From: Chlorokybus atmophyticus
Lineage: Eukaryota > Plantae > Mesostigma and Chlorokybus algae
DNA length: 64,000 nucleotides
Assembly: GCA_009103225.1 (NCBI GenBank)
Contig: RHPI01001616.1
Span: 622,731-686,730, forward strand
Reading direction: 5' to 3'
Part shown: positions 39,976 through 53,321 of the stretch, one piece after another
Position numbering within the stretch: the first letter of the stretch is position 1
Layout: each line of letters starts with the position of its first letter
Program-made: the position numbers and the translations under genes
Notes under the pieces: model-generated
What the model saw: only the letters and a program-made list of their open reading frames with translations
What the model was told of the DNA's origin: nothing
The model's database searches: none

Positions 39976-42226
39976 CTACGGTCGTTCTTTGCACGCCTGC
40001 TCAGCTACAAGTGCTTGCATGTTGACCGTGGACCTGTTCAGCTTCATGTGACTCCTGACCAGGTCGCCTGTTGTCAACGCCGCCATTAAAGACAGCTCAC
40101 CCGCCAAAACAGCACCTATAAGCATGAGTGTCAGGGCTCACAGACATGTTGAAAAAGAGTAGCACAAGCACACATGAACTGTACCTGCCACAATCCGAGC
40201 TAATTTCTGTGCATTTGCACCCGGGTTTTCCCGATCTGCCCCTCGCACCCCTAACAACTCCAGTGCTGCACCCTGTGATGCCAAGATAGTGCCCCCTCCT
40301 ACAGTGCCAACCTGTCGAGCATACCACAATAGTAAGGGGGCGTTTGCGTGCAATCTTGACATGTCAAGACACACCTGAGTATTAACAAGCTCACCTCAAT
40401 GGAAGGCATGGTGACAGATGCGTGCAGATCCCTGCCTCCATTGGTAGGTTCCAGAAGAGTCATGCAGTTACTGCTCTCCACATTTTGTGCGGGATCCTGG
40501 CCAGTAGCCAAGAAGACGGCTGTGACAATGTTGCTTGCATGTGCGTTGAAGCCACCGATGCTACCGGCCATGGCAGATCCCATCAAGTTTTTCACTCGGT
40601 TGAGCTCAGCGAGGTCCTGAACTGTTGTCTTCAACACTGAGCGAACAACATCGCCGGAGATGACGACTTCACAGATGACAGACTTGCCGCGGCCCTCAAT
40701 CCAGTTGATGGCAGTTGGCTTTTTGTCCGCACAAAAGTTGCCTGATATGGAGGCCACTTCCATGTCGGGAAACACCCGACCCAAGTACTTGAGCACGTTG
40801 TTGACACCTTTGGACACCATGTTCATCCCCATGGCATCACCAGTGAAAGCTTCCAACCGTAAGTAAACGGTCCGTCCTGCTACTGTTGCCTTTACACCAC
40901 TCAATCTGGCAAACCTGCAAAACAAATTGTATTGGAGACTATACTTGTATGCCTTGCATTCCCCAACAGATTCTGCCCAGCTTGCATGCACATGTGCACG
41001 ATGCATGTATAGAGTACAGCTGGTACCTGCTGGTTGAATCAAACTCAGCTGCGATTGCTGCTCTGTTGTCCAAACTCTCAACATATGCTTTCAATGCACA
41101 CGCCCTTGCCGCTGAATCAAAGCGCACGGCAGGCGCCCTGGTCATGCCATCCCTTGTCAAGAAAGACCTTGCGCCCCCGCTGGCACTTATTGCTTTGCAA
41201 CCTCTGTTTGTGCTAGCAACAAGGCACCCTTCTGTTGTTGCCATTGGCACTATGAAGTCTTCCCCATCCAATCTAAGAGGCCCAGCAACCCCAACTGGCA
41301 CTTGCACATGGCCAATCACCTGCAGAGCGGGAGAAAAGAAAACAATTGAAGCTTAGCCACAGAAGAAGGAGCAAGAAAATGCAATGTGCATACAGATGAG
41401 CATGCACAACCCATGCAACAGTTGTTCACTTACCATCTCACAGCAGGCACCCAGAGCGCTGCGGTAATCGAACCCACTTATTGGCATTCCTTCTAAACTC
41501 CTGCCTGTGCTAAGCTCAACTGCTCGCCGGCGGACGCGCACAGCTCTCGTGCAATCATCAAGCTCCTTCTCCAACAAGTGTGAGGGCACGTGCCCGTCAT
41601 GCACAGCGCATGCAAGAGCCTCATCAGACTGCTCGCGCAAAGGCCGTCCGTCAAGTTGAAGTGGCTTGCGTGCAGGTGGCAAGACCACTGTGTGCTTCTG
41701 CAAGTGCGGCTCCTGAAAACACTCTAGTCAAGCTGAATCGCTATGTACAGATTGCAGACAGACCATGTAAATCTTGCACACAACCGGCTACTACTTATTG
41801 AGCAATTAACATGCACGCAATCGAACTGACCTCATGGTGGCTGTGCTCATCAACGTCCTCGCCGTCGGCGTGCTTAGAGATGATGTTTTGTACATACGCT
41901 ATGCCGAAGAATCCTATGAGATAAATGAATGACCCAAGCTCGGCTATAATGGCTAGCAACTCCATCCAGGTGAGTATGTGCAACGGTGCAGAGGTACGGA
42001 TCTTCTCTCGCCAGCGCCTCAGCAAGTAGTACGAGGCCACAACAAACAGGACGATAAACGTTTTGTTCGTGAACCAAAGCGGGAGCGGCAGCACATCTCC
42101 AGCCATAATCCTCTCTCGCTTCGGACCCCCAGCTGTTCCAGGAGGTGCAGGAGCTGCCGACACCGGCGGCGGCGGCGACATGCTCTTGCCTGGCCTGCAC
42201 ACCGCCATCGGCGCCAACACTCCCAT
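39976..42226 (-). CDS. HMGR: 3-hydroxy-3-methylglutaryl-CoA reductase, class I, plant-type with two N-terminal TM helices; multi-exon
   Basis: [45 protein letters not shown]; ACCE|[15 protein letters not shown]; [19 protein letters not shown]; [11 protein letters not shown]; GNFCADKKP; [24 protein letters not shown]; [17 protein letters not shown]. Start ATG choice (42226/42208/42181) uncertain. Confidence 0.96.
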
Positions 42227-44899
42227 GCACAAGAAAGGTCCTGCTTACGACCTGAGCATGAGCCTTGCGCTTTCCTCAACCCCTGGACGTACGCTGCCAC
42301 CGTCTCCACCGCCCATCACGGCACCAATCCCGACTACACCCTTACTGCTGGGCTGGCAAGCCAGCTAAGATCTACGACAGTTTACTGCATCTAACTCGAC
42401 CATGTCACAGCGATGTCACGTTTTTCAAAGCTGGTGGACACCACAGAGGTCTAGATATCGGTAGTCAACGTGGTTAACAGCCCATTCGCAGCTGGGCCTG
42501 CGGTTAATTGAGAATTTCTTGCCGTTGTGGCGCGAATGAATCCGGTGCCAATTGTCTTTCCCGTGTTTCCAATTTTTCGTTGCGTGCGCGCCAGAAACGA
42601 CTTTCCGCCACTTCGCGACGGTTGGAAGCTTGCCCCTGGCGGCCAGGGGTCTGGCCGGTGGCTCAGCGGTAGTGCTGCCGGTCTGGGTATACAATGCAAG
42701 AGTCCTGCCGGTCACCATGCCCGAAGGCCCCAGTCTCAGGTTCTGGCTGGATGATGTGGCTGGTCGAATGGCATCACACAAGTGCACAACAGTCTGGGAG
42801 CCCGAGGGGTTCTCGGTAACTCATTTTGTCGCCGATTTGACGCGTTGTGCGACGGGGACTCTGGCTGTGTCAACGTCGTCGTGCTCAGAACGGCGGGCTG
42901 TGTCAATGTCGACAGGGGCGGATTCGACGTTTTGAAACCGTGAGAGTCTGGGTCCATCAACGTCGACAAGCATCGCTCGTGGAACCGTTTGGGCGACAGG
43001 GTGGGTAGTAGTCCAAAATTCAAAAAGGCGATCAGCACTCCAATTGTCACACTGTGTTACCATCGACACAGGTCGACCCATCCGCCTCTGTCTGTATCGA
43101 CAGACTGTGAACAATCCATGTCAGTCGTCGGCGACACACGCAGCAAAACACTGACATTGCTCAGTTAACTATTGCCCCATGGGAACCCCTCCTGCTCCCA
43201 GACTGACAAGTTGTGATTCAAAACATGAGTCACGTCACATGACTCACCATCTGTAGAGCACAGACCGGAGCAGGTCGGCGTTGCTGGCCGGTTAGGTCCG
43301 TACAAGCCAGCCTGTTGCATGGGTGGCACGCTGCCACTGGCACCGTCTCAAGGGCTGTGGTGTGGGTCTCTTCAGCGGTCATGAAGCGAAGGCTCGCTTG
43401 CCTTTTGTTGAACTACACATGTGTGTTAACCCTTGAAAAATGTAGACTATAGGCTTTATTTGCGTTGAGGCGTAACATTGTTCATTTGGCAGCACACTTT
43501 TCATAGTTGCACGCTTTCGTCACGGAAAGGATTGAAGTTACTAATACCGCACCCGGCAAAGCTTTAACTCATTGGATATTATTAGTGCTTGCAGCTGTAT
43601 GACATGAGCCACCCGCTGCCTGCAATCGCTGCATGTGGGACATATGCAGGACATGTCGCTCCTCTTATACAACAATTTTGCTATTATAAGCGCATATGTG
43701 TAGCTTACACCTAAGATGTTGTATCCAAAAAGTTATATATGAAGACGCAATAGTTACTATTGATATGTTATAAGTAGCAATCGCCGTTATGCCACGCAAT
43801 TTTGCTGCTTCTATACATGGATTATCTCACACATCACACACGCGTGCAGATTTGCATGCACACGCATACGCTTTTGTGCTTGCGGTCAGCTTATATCAGC
43901 TGGCCGTATGCATCTTACTATATAATATGCACAATAAACATTTGCTAACATATCCGACAATGTGAGTAGCCGCTCGGATATCACAATGCATGCACATTGC
44001 GTTCCCTTACATTCTCAAATAACTGATCAATTGCTCAACTTGTTATTATATTTGTTGTCTTCATGTACATTCTATCAATATAGAGTTGTTACATCAAACG
44101 GTTGCAATGTATTTAATTGAACTCAACAATATTGTAACTAGCCGTTAATGTAAGCAGACCGTTACTACTTACTACAGCTGTCCTCTATCAATGGCATTAT
44201 TTGAAATAACCTGACATGGTTCAAAGTAGAGCCTCAGCCTCATAGTGGCCACACACCCTCAAGCAGTTCAACATTACATTGGATCACCGCCAAGTTAGGC
44301 TCTATTTGTCTTTCGATTGCCCTCACAATGATATTAAGCGTTGTAACATCTGTTGCTTCTGTTCTTTAGCATTAATTCACAACTTAAAATGCACATAGCT
44401 TATGTGTAAACGCATGCGTCATAAATACGCTTGTATGTTAACAATCGCATCAGAAAGTTCATGGTGTGTGTAAATTGTACTTGTTGACAGATAGCGTGGA
44501 GCCACGTACATTACAACCCATACTCACTTTTGCAAAAACATTTGAATTTCATTCCACCCTCTTTATATTAAGCACAAGATCAATGCTTCCATTGTCATTA
44601 CAACCAACAAGGCCTATAATGCCTGATTATTACAATGCCTACTATTACAACCCAACTTGGCAATTGCCTTGGGTTGCAATTGATAATAAAGCAGGTTTAA
44701 AATGTACGTGTCTCTAACATAGACTGGAACAATGTGCATAGGCTTGAAGAGACAGCTTTCACCTTTCAGCTTCCAGCACAGTCAGCTGCGTACGATGACA
44801 TGGACGGGCAGGCAGCGACACGGTTGAAACGGGACAGGGGAGCATCATCATTCTGAGCAGACACATGCGACTCCCTGCCTCTGCACGTACACCGTAAGA

Positions 44900-44979
44900 C
44901 CGACACTGTACCAAACGGTTTGGTGTACCAAACGGTTTGGTCCACCAAACGGTTTGGTCCACCAAACCGCAAGTGTCGG
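44900..44979. repeat. 17-bp tandem array of a palindromic unit enclosed by an 8-bp inverted repeat
   Basis: ACCAAACGGTTTGGT at 44910, 44927 and 44944, partial at 44961; flanked by CCGACACT (44900) and AGTGTCGG (44972). Confidence 0.9.
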
Positions 44980-45469
44980 GTACAAGTGCCCGGCGAGCTC
45001 TATCATCACCTGCCAATGCTTGTCAGGCCGCTATGCAAATTATGCAAGGCAGCAATGGAGCTCCATTTTCATCATGAGGTGTCATGACGTGCCTGTCATT
45101 GCTCAGCGCGATAGCCTTGGGTACACGTGTACCCTCTGTGCTCTGCAGTACGTCATTTTGTTCCATAACTTTAACGTACTGATACTTTCACTGAGAGGGC
45201 TTCCAAGGCAGTGGTACGTTTTGGTTTCACTGCTGCTGCTGCTGCTGCTGCTGTGGCCAGGGAGGGGGGCGATGCCGACGGCGAGGAGGAGGGAGAGGGG
45301 GGCGGCGACGAGCATGGGAATCACCGGTTGTGAGATTGGCGAATGTAATGTTGTGGAAGGATGCTAGAGCTGCGTGATGCGCTGGACCATGAGGTTATGA
45401 GGGCGTGAGGGCGGCAGGGAGGCGGCGAGGTGCGGGAGGGTGTCAGGCTCTGGTGTCACGGGGGTTTGT

Positions 45470-48400
45470 ATGAATGCGTCAACCTCTGCTGGTCTGGAGA
45501 GACGTCAGCATCATCATGCGCTGCAACCTCAGCGCTCCAGGAAGGAGCTCGTCGCTGTTGACATCCTCGTGGCGCAGAAGGCCACCGCCAGCTCAGCTGA
45601 CCCCAAGGGCAAGCAACAGGTCAGCCTGCTCTGGACCTGCGAGTGCTTATTCGAGTTTGCGGTAACTTGGCGAGCAGTGTTACTTGGTTAATGAAACAAG
45701 CATAATTTGTTCTGTCATGCTCCTTGTGTCTGTACAGCACACCCAGGCAGGGCGACAGCAGTGAAACGCTATATAGCTGAGCTACTTGGCCTCAGCTGCT
45801 TTTCACTCAAATCCTAGCAGCATGATGCTTTCACGGACCGAAGCATGAGGATGCTGTTTAGTCCGTAACAGCATGACGTCGTACCCACAAAGCATTGACC
45901 CTCTCGTACATGATGGGACAGTCGGATCATGAAGGCTGTTATGGTTGTGCAAAACTCAGTTGTTAGGCTGACGTCCGTGTGCCGAGCTTTCTCTATGTGT
46001 GCATGACATAGCTAGTCGCTGCACTGAAGTTACGCTTTCAGTTGCCAACTGTGGGAAGCCCGTGCTGGCTGCGCACAGTGTTGGTGGCGTGTTGAGATAG
46101 AGGTACATGTCTTTGGCCTCAATCTGTGGACATGCGGCTTCCTTCTTTGCACTGACCAGCGCAGTCACAGCCAGCATGTTTATAAGCAAGGACTCCGCAA
46201 CCGTCTTAGCCAAGACCGTTGCGGAGTGGTTTACTATCATAGTACTACAATGATTGTGTAGGACTCTTCAACAATAACCACTTGCTGGCAAGTGCCTCAC
46301 CATGAGGGTGAGGCACTTGGCAGCAAGTTACTAAGAGTAGACAATGTACAGCAGGCTCTTGCGACGACGCTTCACGCGCAGCCTCACCAGTTGCAGGTGT
46401 TAATAGAAGATGAACTTCAACTCGAAGCTGACCATACGCTTTCTCCTTGCGGGTTCACTCCTCTCGCCAGTGAACCAGACTCCGGCAATCAGCACGCGGT
46501 ACACTAGACACTATACTATGCACACACGCATCAGCTGAGATGTTGAGTCTGGTTGCGGCTACGGGATGAATTGCAGTGTCTTTTGTCGTGCGTACAGGAT
46601 GGTCGTCAGTGGCGATGGGGAGCGTGTGGCCAACTACAACTGCACTCAATTTGGCTCAAGATAGCGCTGACTATTGCATTGATTGTCACCATTACATCGG
46701 GCGTGCCCTCCTTAACGTTTTGGTGAGTACACATGCCTTGCACAGGAACCGTGCGGTTGATGCATGGAAACGCCTGCTGTGGTTCCAACAGATGTAAATC
46801 CAAAGCACGTGATGCTATGTTGGGTCAACGCAACCTGTGCTCAGACAGAGTTCTTCATGGCATTCATGTTATGTTGTCAATCAGGGCACTGACTTGGTAA
46901 CACATCTACAGCTGGTGCATTGCGTATTATTCAACTTAGTCCTCAATTCTGTCACATAGCTGTCTCCAGCCTGCTACCTAGGCATTGATGCTTGATAATG
47001 TGTGTGGCAGGTTGATGCTGCGGCATCAGTCCATCTCAGCCGTGCATACCCAACTAGAAGTGGTTGTGCTCAACCGCCAGCTGTCGCTGTTATCTCTGAT
47101 CAACAGCACCGAGGCGACGGTCAACTTCTTGACACAGCGCCGCAGTCTTCTTCCCTTGCTGCATGACTATTTGATCACTAAAACCATCGATGACGACCAC
47201 CTGCAAAGCCAGACGCGGCAGATCCTCGCCTCCAGCGCCATCAAGCTTGAGGCAGTCGTGGCGCTCAACGGCACCGTCATCTTGTCCAATGATGCCACGC
47301 GCTTAGTTGTCGGCCAGACAATTGACATGCTGGAGTTCCAACAGGTTTGTATCACTCTGCAGCTTGAGCATTGCAATGTTGTCCGCTCCTATGTGCACGT
47401 GCATACATGTCTGTGTGCATGTGCATACACACACGCGTGTGCGTTGTCCCCGCTGACAGTGCAAATGTTGAGTCCTTGTTAGCTGTGCAGGGTCGGGTAC
47501 AAAACTCAATGGGCTTTCCTTACAAAACGCCGCAAAACACTTGGGAGGTAAGGGTGGGTGGCCCAATATGCATCCCTGTGGACCGGGCGGCATTGGACGC
47601 CACCGCCTCAACCCAAACGAAGCTCGTGGCTGTCGGCATCGTGTCGGCATCGGCGTCTGCCATGTATGACGTATTGCACAACAGGACTGGGCTGCAAAAG
47701 ACTGGTCAGGTGGTGCTCGCCTCGCACGACGGGGATTACATCGACTTCATTATGCCGCCAAAGAATGCTGATGGCCTGAGACTGCCCGCTCGCTATGAAG
47801 GCAAGCCCATGCAGCTAGCTCTACTCGGACAAAGCGGGTCAATGATTACTACCAATTACGCGAATGTTGCTGTGGTGGCTCACTATCGTCCTCTTGGGTA
47901 CGCTCGTATTACCATTCTCAGAGCCTCCTGCTGCTTGCATGCGAAAGCTTGCTTGTCACTGCCGCAAATGCTGTCACACATTACACAGGTACCCATTCAA
48001 CACTTCTGCTCTTGAGGCGTTTGCAGCAGCTGCTGCTGCTAACGGCAACTGCTTAATGGACAGTACCGCCATTGTTGGCAACAGCACCTGGGGCATGGTC
48101 AGTGGTGTCATGCCATGACACCGCTTATCACTTGATCCAGCAGACCATTCATTTGCGGGATCAACATTGGGTGATAGTTTATCTCATCAACTCTTTGGTT
48201 CAGGTGTCAATGCAGGACAAGAGTGCGGCTTTCGAGCAGGTCAACCGGCTTCGTATCGTCATGGTCGTGGTGTATCTTTCTGTTGTAGCTCTCGGTGTGT
48301 TAGCGGCGCTGTGGTTGGCTCACCACATCACGCGTCCCGTCACGGCCCTCGCGTTGGCCGCCACGGCAATTGGGAAAGGCAACCTGCGCGCCCGCGCAGA

Positions 48401-50979
48401 GGTCAAGCAGAAGCACAACGAGATCGGCCGCCTGGCCAAGACGTTCAACAGAATGGCGAGGCAACTGCAGCAAACTCACGCGCACCTTGAAACTTGCGTC
48501 GCACAACGCACCGAGCAGCTCGTGCATGCCAAGGGTCTCGCAGAGCAGGCGTCCGAGGCAAAGAGCGCATTCCTTGCCAACGTCTCGCATGAGATACGCA
48601 CCCCGGTAAGCATAAGCTAAGGGGCTTGCTCCTCTGGGTCTAAGTAATTTCGATATCAAGAATTTGAGCTATTCAAGTTGTCAACCTGCAGTTGAACGGC
48701 GTGTTGGGGATGACGGAGCTGACTCTTGAGACGGATCTGAACCCGGAGCAGCGCGAGCTCCTGGCACTGGTAAGAGCCTAATTTTAGCAATTGTAATGTG
48801 TCTCACTTGCAATGACATAGTGCCTTTGAGACAGAGTTAAGAAGTGGTTGAGGTTGTGTCCGTAGTTAGACCTTTCTGTTTATTGAACTGCTATTGGGGT
48901 AGCCCCTGCCCTTGAAACAAGTGCGAAGGTCAACATGCCGATGTTACGCTTCGAATGCCGTAACTGCAATTGTGTCTGGCTCAACTTGAGCAGCTCTCAT
49001 GCAACATGTCACAGGTCAAGTCCTCTGCACTTCACCTGCTTCATCTTCTCAAGGACATCCTCGACTTTTCGCGAATGGAGGCGCACAGCAAGCAGAAGCA
49101 TCAGCCTCATGCGCTGCCATCGGTGCCAAAACCGTGCGCGGAGTTCATCGTGGTGGACCGTCTAGAGCACGCGACGCAGATGCTTGGTGTCATGGCGCAA
49201 GCAAAGGGACTAGAGCTCATTTGTCGTGTGCATCCCGACGTGCCCGTACGCCTACGCGGCGACCCCGACCGACTCGTGCAGATCGCCGTCAACCTGCTGA
49301 GCAACGCGGTCAAGTTCACTGATGAAGGCCAGATCATAATGGATGTGTCTGTTGTCGTAAACAGCAGCAAGCACGGGAAGGATTCCAGCAAATTGGAGCT
49401 GCGCATATGCGTGCGCGATACCGGCATGGGCGTCCCCGACAATAAGAAGCACATCCTTTTCCAGCCCTTCTCACAGGTTTTAGGGGCACCGCATTGTGTT
49501 TGCTTTGGTCTAGTTCGCTCTGTGTGTGCTTGAAGTCTAATCCATGCTTGTATGAAGGTGGATCAGTCCAGCACGCGCAAGCACGGGGGTTCTGGGCTCG
49601 GGCTTGCTATATCTGCTCGCATCGCTGCAGATATGGGCGGGAACATGTGGATGGAAGATGTGTACCCGCATGGTGCCGCATTCTATTGCACGGCGGTCCT
49701 GGACGCTGTGCCCACACTTGAAGACGATGCTGTGCCAAGTTTCAGTGGCTTTTCCGTCCTCGTCGTGGATGACAACGCCTCCATGCGCAGTGTTCTGGCA
49801 GATATGCTCAGCAGTTGGGGCATCTCAGTCACGGCTGCTGCATGCGCCGATGAAGTGCTCAAGTTGGTCACGACGTTAAAGCAGTTTAAGCTGGCTTTAA
49901 TTGATGCGGGCATGCCCGGCACAGATGGTTTCACATTGACAGAGACACTGAGGTCAGAGTGCCCGGACCTACCGGTGGTGCTGATGCTGACCTCCAGTGA
50001 CATCATGCACGATGCCGCCCGGTGTCGACGGCTGCAAGTCTTTGGGTTCTTCCTGAAGGTAAGTGTGATGGATAGTTCACTATGTATGTGTACACGAACA
50101 ACACGGCAAGAGTCCCATGGCTGATGACAAGCTTCCTGGGTTTGTTAGCCCATGCGGAGGTCGCTGGTGCTGCGGTTGGTTCGCAAGGCCGAGTGGCTAC
50201 CACCGACAGCACCCGCAGAGTCATCAGGACAGCGGCTGCCAAAGTCATTGGACTTAAAAGTTGATCACGAGGAGGCCAAAGAGAAAAGTAGCACACGCCA
50301 GAGCCAAGGTGTCTCTCTCAACGTGTTACTGGTAGAAGACAACAAGCTCAATGTGATGCTGGCAGTGCGGCTGATGCAGCAAGCGGGTCATCGCTCCACT
50401 GTGGCCAACCACGGCCGCAAAGCCGTTGAGCTTTTTATCAAAGGGAGCTACGATGTCATCCTCATGGACATACAGATGCCCATCATGGATGGCCTCGAAG
50501 CTACTATGCGGATACGCGAGCTTGAGATCGAGCTCGGCAAGCCGGCAAGCCCTATCATGTGAGTTTCTGCTTGCATGCAGCTCATCTCAGACTTAACGTG
50601 CATCTTGCATGGCCTATTGTGATGGTGAGGGGAACGTTTGCAGCGCCATGACTGCGCATGCAATGCCTGGCGACAAGGAGAGGTGTCTGTCTGCAGGCAT
50701 GGATGGTGAGACTGCCATCATGTTCTGCGCAGCTTCGCTTTGGATTTCCATATACCTGCACTTCCCAATGCCCGTCATTATCAACAGCAAGTTATTCGCG
50801 CAGGCTACTTGACCAAGCCAATCTCTGCAAACGAACTCACGCTGCTGCTATCCACGCTGGTACTCTCGCCCCTTGCATCCCACAAAGCAGGCACTTACTC
50901 AGCACAGTGTTCACCCACAGACTTGTCTAGCAAAAGCATACCACCTGATAAACTCAAAGCATGCGCAACCCCTTGCTGA
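45470..50979 (+). CDS. Membrane hybrid histidine kinase: TM1, Cache-like sensor, TM2, HAMP, HisKA, HATPase_c, two receiver domains; multi-exon
   Basis: TM1 SIWLKIALTIALIVTITSG; Cache-like TGLQKTGQVVLAS..PMQLALLGQSG..NYANVAVVAHYRPL; HAMP ITRPVTAL..NEIGRLAKTFNRM; H-box ANVSHEIRTP; N/G boxes NLLSNAVKFT, DTGMG, GGSGLGLAI; REC1 VLVVDDN..IDAGMPGTDG; REC2 LLVEDN..LMDIQMPIMDG..MTAHA..GMD|GYLTKP. Confidence 0.92.
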
Positions 50980-52281
50980 ATGCAGTGGCCCATCAATAGG
51001 CGGGTTAGGCAGGCCCAATAGGTGTACAGAGTAGTGGCTCCTGCAGAGTAGTGGCTTCTGTCTAGTAGAGACAGGAGCGGGACAACATTAGGGCCAATGA
51101 CTTAAGGTTGTAACTTGATATAGGCCACCGCCATAGTCGTTCATGTTCTGGCTGCGGGGTGCTACAGCCAGTGCCGCCCGACTGATAGGCAGTTAATCAA
51201 TGTCGTGTCATACCTCATGGATGCCCTTGCTGCTACCCAGATACATATCATATGCTATCATGACATGTGTGTGTTATGTACCAATGGTTTGCCAATGCAT
51301 TGTCAAGTTTTATGTTGACCGCATTCGCATCATAGCATGGCTTCTCAAGTTTGCGTACATTTGAGAAGGTGTGGCTTAGGAAACGTTATTTTTTGTTGTT
51401 TATAGCCAAATTATAAGCGTGATAAGTCAGCAATAGCCACATTGGCTCATTATAGCTACTTTGATTGAAGGCTAAATCGGTTAATGTAATTCACAACCTT
51501 CACATAATGATGCCACCGAACCATAGTTGTGATATGTAGGTGACTCGTATGCAATCCATAGCAATCTGAAACGCAATGCTAGCTCATATTGCACTACTAT
51601 TATACAAATAACAATGTGCATGATTGTAACAGTCAAGGCCAAATTTTGTGATTGTCATGGCCGTTTTAGGCCTTATTTGTAAAGTACATGTTTTTTATGA
51701 CTTGTGGCGGATATCGGCGAGTTATGAATCTGCCGCGGATATCAACCGGGGCCCAAGACCAGCAGCAAATTAGGAGATCTTTGGTGCGTTGAAAAGGTCT
51801 AGAAGTGTACTACAAGATTCTGCAATTATATCTTAGCTTCTAGTTCCGTCTAGCGCTAGAATCGTCTAGACAGTAGCATGTGCAGACTGGTAGGTATAAA
51901 AGTGACATTCTACAACTTGCAATACAACCTTTAGCTCCCTAGTTTCTGGTGTGCAAGCTTGGTGGTGGCTAGCAGGGGTTGCTAGCGTGTGTCCACTGGT
52001 GTGTGCTTGCTTGTGTGACGATCCAAGGCGCTACACAAGTCGGTGTGTAGCTTCGAGCGCATGCGCGTGCGTACGCGAGTGGCGGGGCGCGCGTGTGTGC
52101 TTGGCATAGGGGGCAAGGTTCCGGTGTGAATACCGTGTCTTAGTGAGAGGGTTGTTGATTGGACCAACTCACAGGTGACAAGGCACGAGCACCGTCACAA
52201 CTGGTATCGGAGCACGGTTTACGAAGGTGAGAGAGGAAGTGTGTCGGCGTTTACACTTTTCATTCGGAAGCGGAGTGTAGT

Positions 52282-53321
52282 GTGTTAGTGGAGATGGAGG
52301 ATGCTCGCATGGAAGAGCTTCAAGCTGCTATCTTAGCATTAAGAGAAGAGCTTCATCACACGCAAGCGGCGGCACAAGCACAACGCGCGGCGTATGAGCA
52401 TGCGATGGCGCGTGTACAAATTTCCATGGCATCAAACTCGCGCGTGCATGTGAAGGTGCCAAAGCCCAAGCCATTCAGGGGTCAACGTGATGGAGATGCA
52501 GTGGATGAATGGATTTTTCAAGTATCGTCTTGGTTGAAGCTCACGGAGGTGCCCACGCATCTGCACGTGGAGGTTGCAGCGACATTGCTTGAAGGTGCAG
52601 CACTTGTGTGGTGGAGGCATCGATGTACGCGTGTTGCAAACGGGTTGGCGCTACCATTGACCACCATGGAAGAGTTGGCACTGGAGGTCAGGCATCAATT
52701 TGTTCCCGTTGAGAGCGTGAAGGCCGCACGCGACAAACTTGCAGCCCTTGTGCAAATGGGGTCGGTGATGGCGTAAACGGCCGCGTTTCAGCGATTGGTG
52801 ATGTCCATACCCAATATGACGGAGGAGGAGCAGCTGGACAGGTATACACGTGGGTTAAAACCTTTGGGGCGTAAAGAAGTGGAGCTACGGGACCCAAAGA
52901 CACTCGCGGAGGCTATACGCATCGCGGAGCGTCTCGACGCGTTGTACTTCAAGTCCACCACAAGAAACACTGACTGGAGGCAAAGGCATGGTGATCAGCC
53001 CCGGGGAGGCTTTCAACATGCATGGAGACGAGGAGAACCAAGTTTAGCACTTGCCAATGGAGGTGGAGCTGACGCTGGGCCTGCACCAATGGAGGTGGGT
53101 GCCATACACACGCATGGAAGTGAGGCGAAGCACGGCGGACGTGGTGAAAGAGGTAAAGGTGTGCGCAAGTGTTATGCGTGTGGGTCGACGGAGCATTTGG
53201 CGTACGGATGCCCCAAATGAAGCACGCAAAGGCCAACACCGGATGGCAACCCTCGCCGTGATCGTCGCTTCAACACCATGGAGCAAAATAGCGTGGAGCA
53301 GGAAAACGACTTCCCCCAGTA
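52282..53321 (+). pseudogene. gag: gag with CCHC zinc knuckle; internal stops at 52774 and 53218
   Basis: KVPKPKPFRGQRD..WIFQV; LLEGAALVWW; CYACGSTEHLAYGC. Confidence 0.9.

Noticed and set aside
43214-43246. TGATTCA/TGAGTCA/TGACTCA bZIP (GCN4-like) sites upstream of HMGR
   Set aside because: Short motifs ~1 kb from the ATG; not distinguishable from chance without conservation data.
45103-45324. Signal-peptide-like minus ORF (MLVAAPLSLLLAVGIAPLPG..) divergent from the HK
   Set aside because: May be a real first exon, but no downstream exons or homology could be established.
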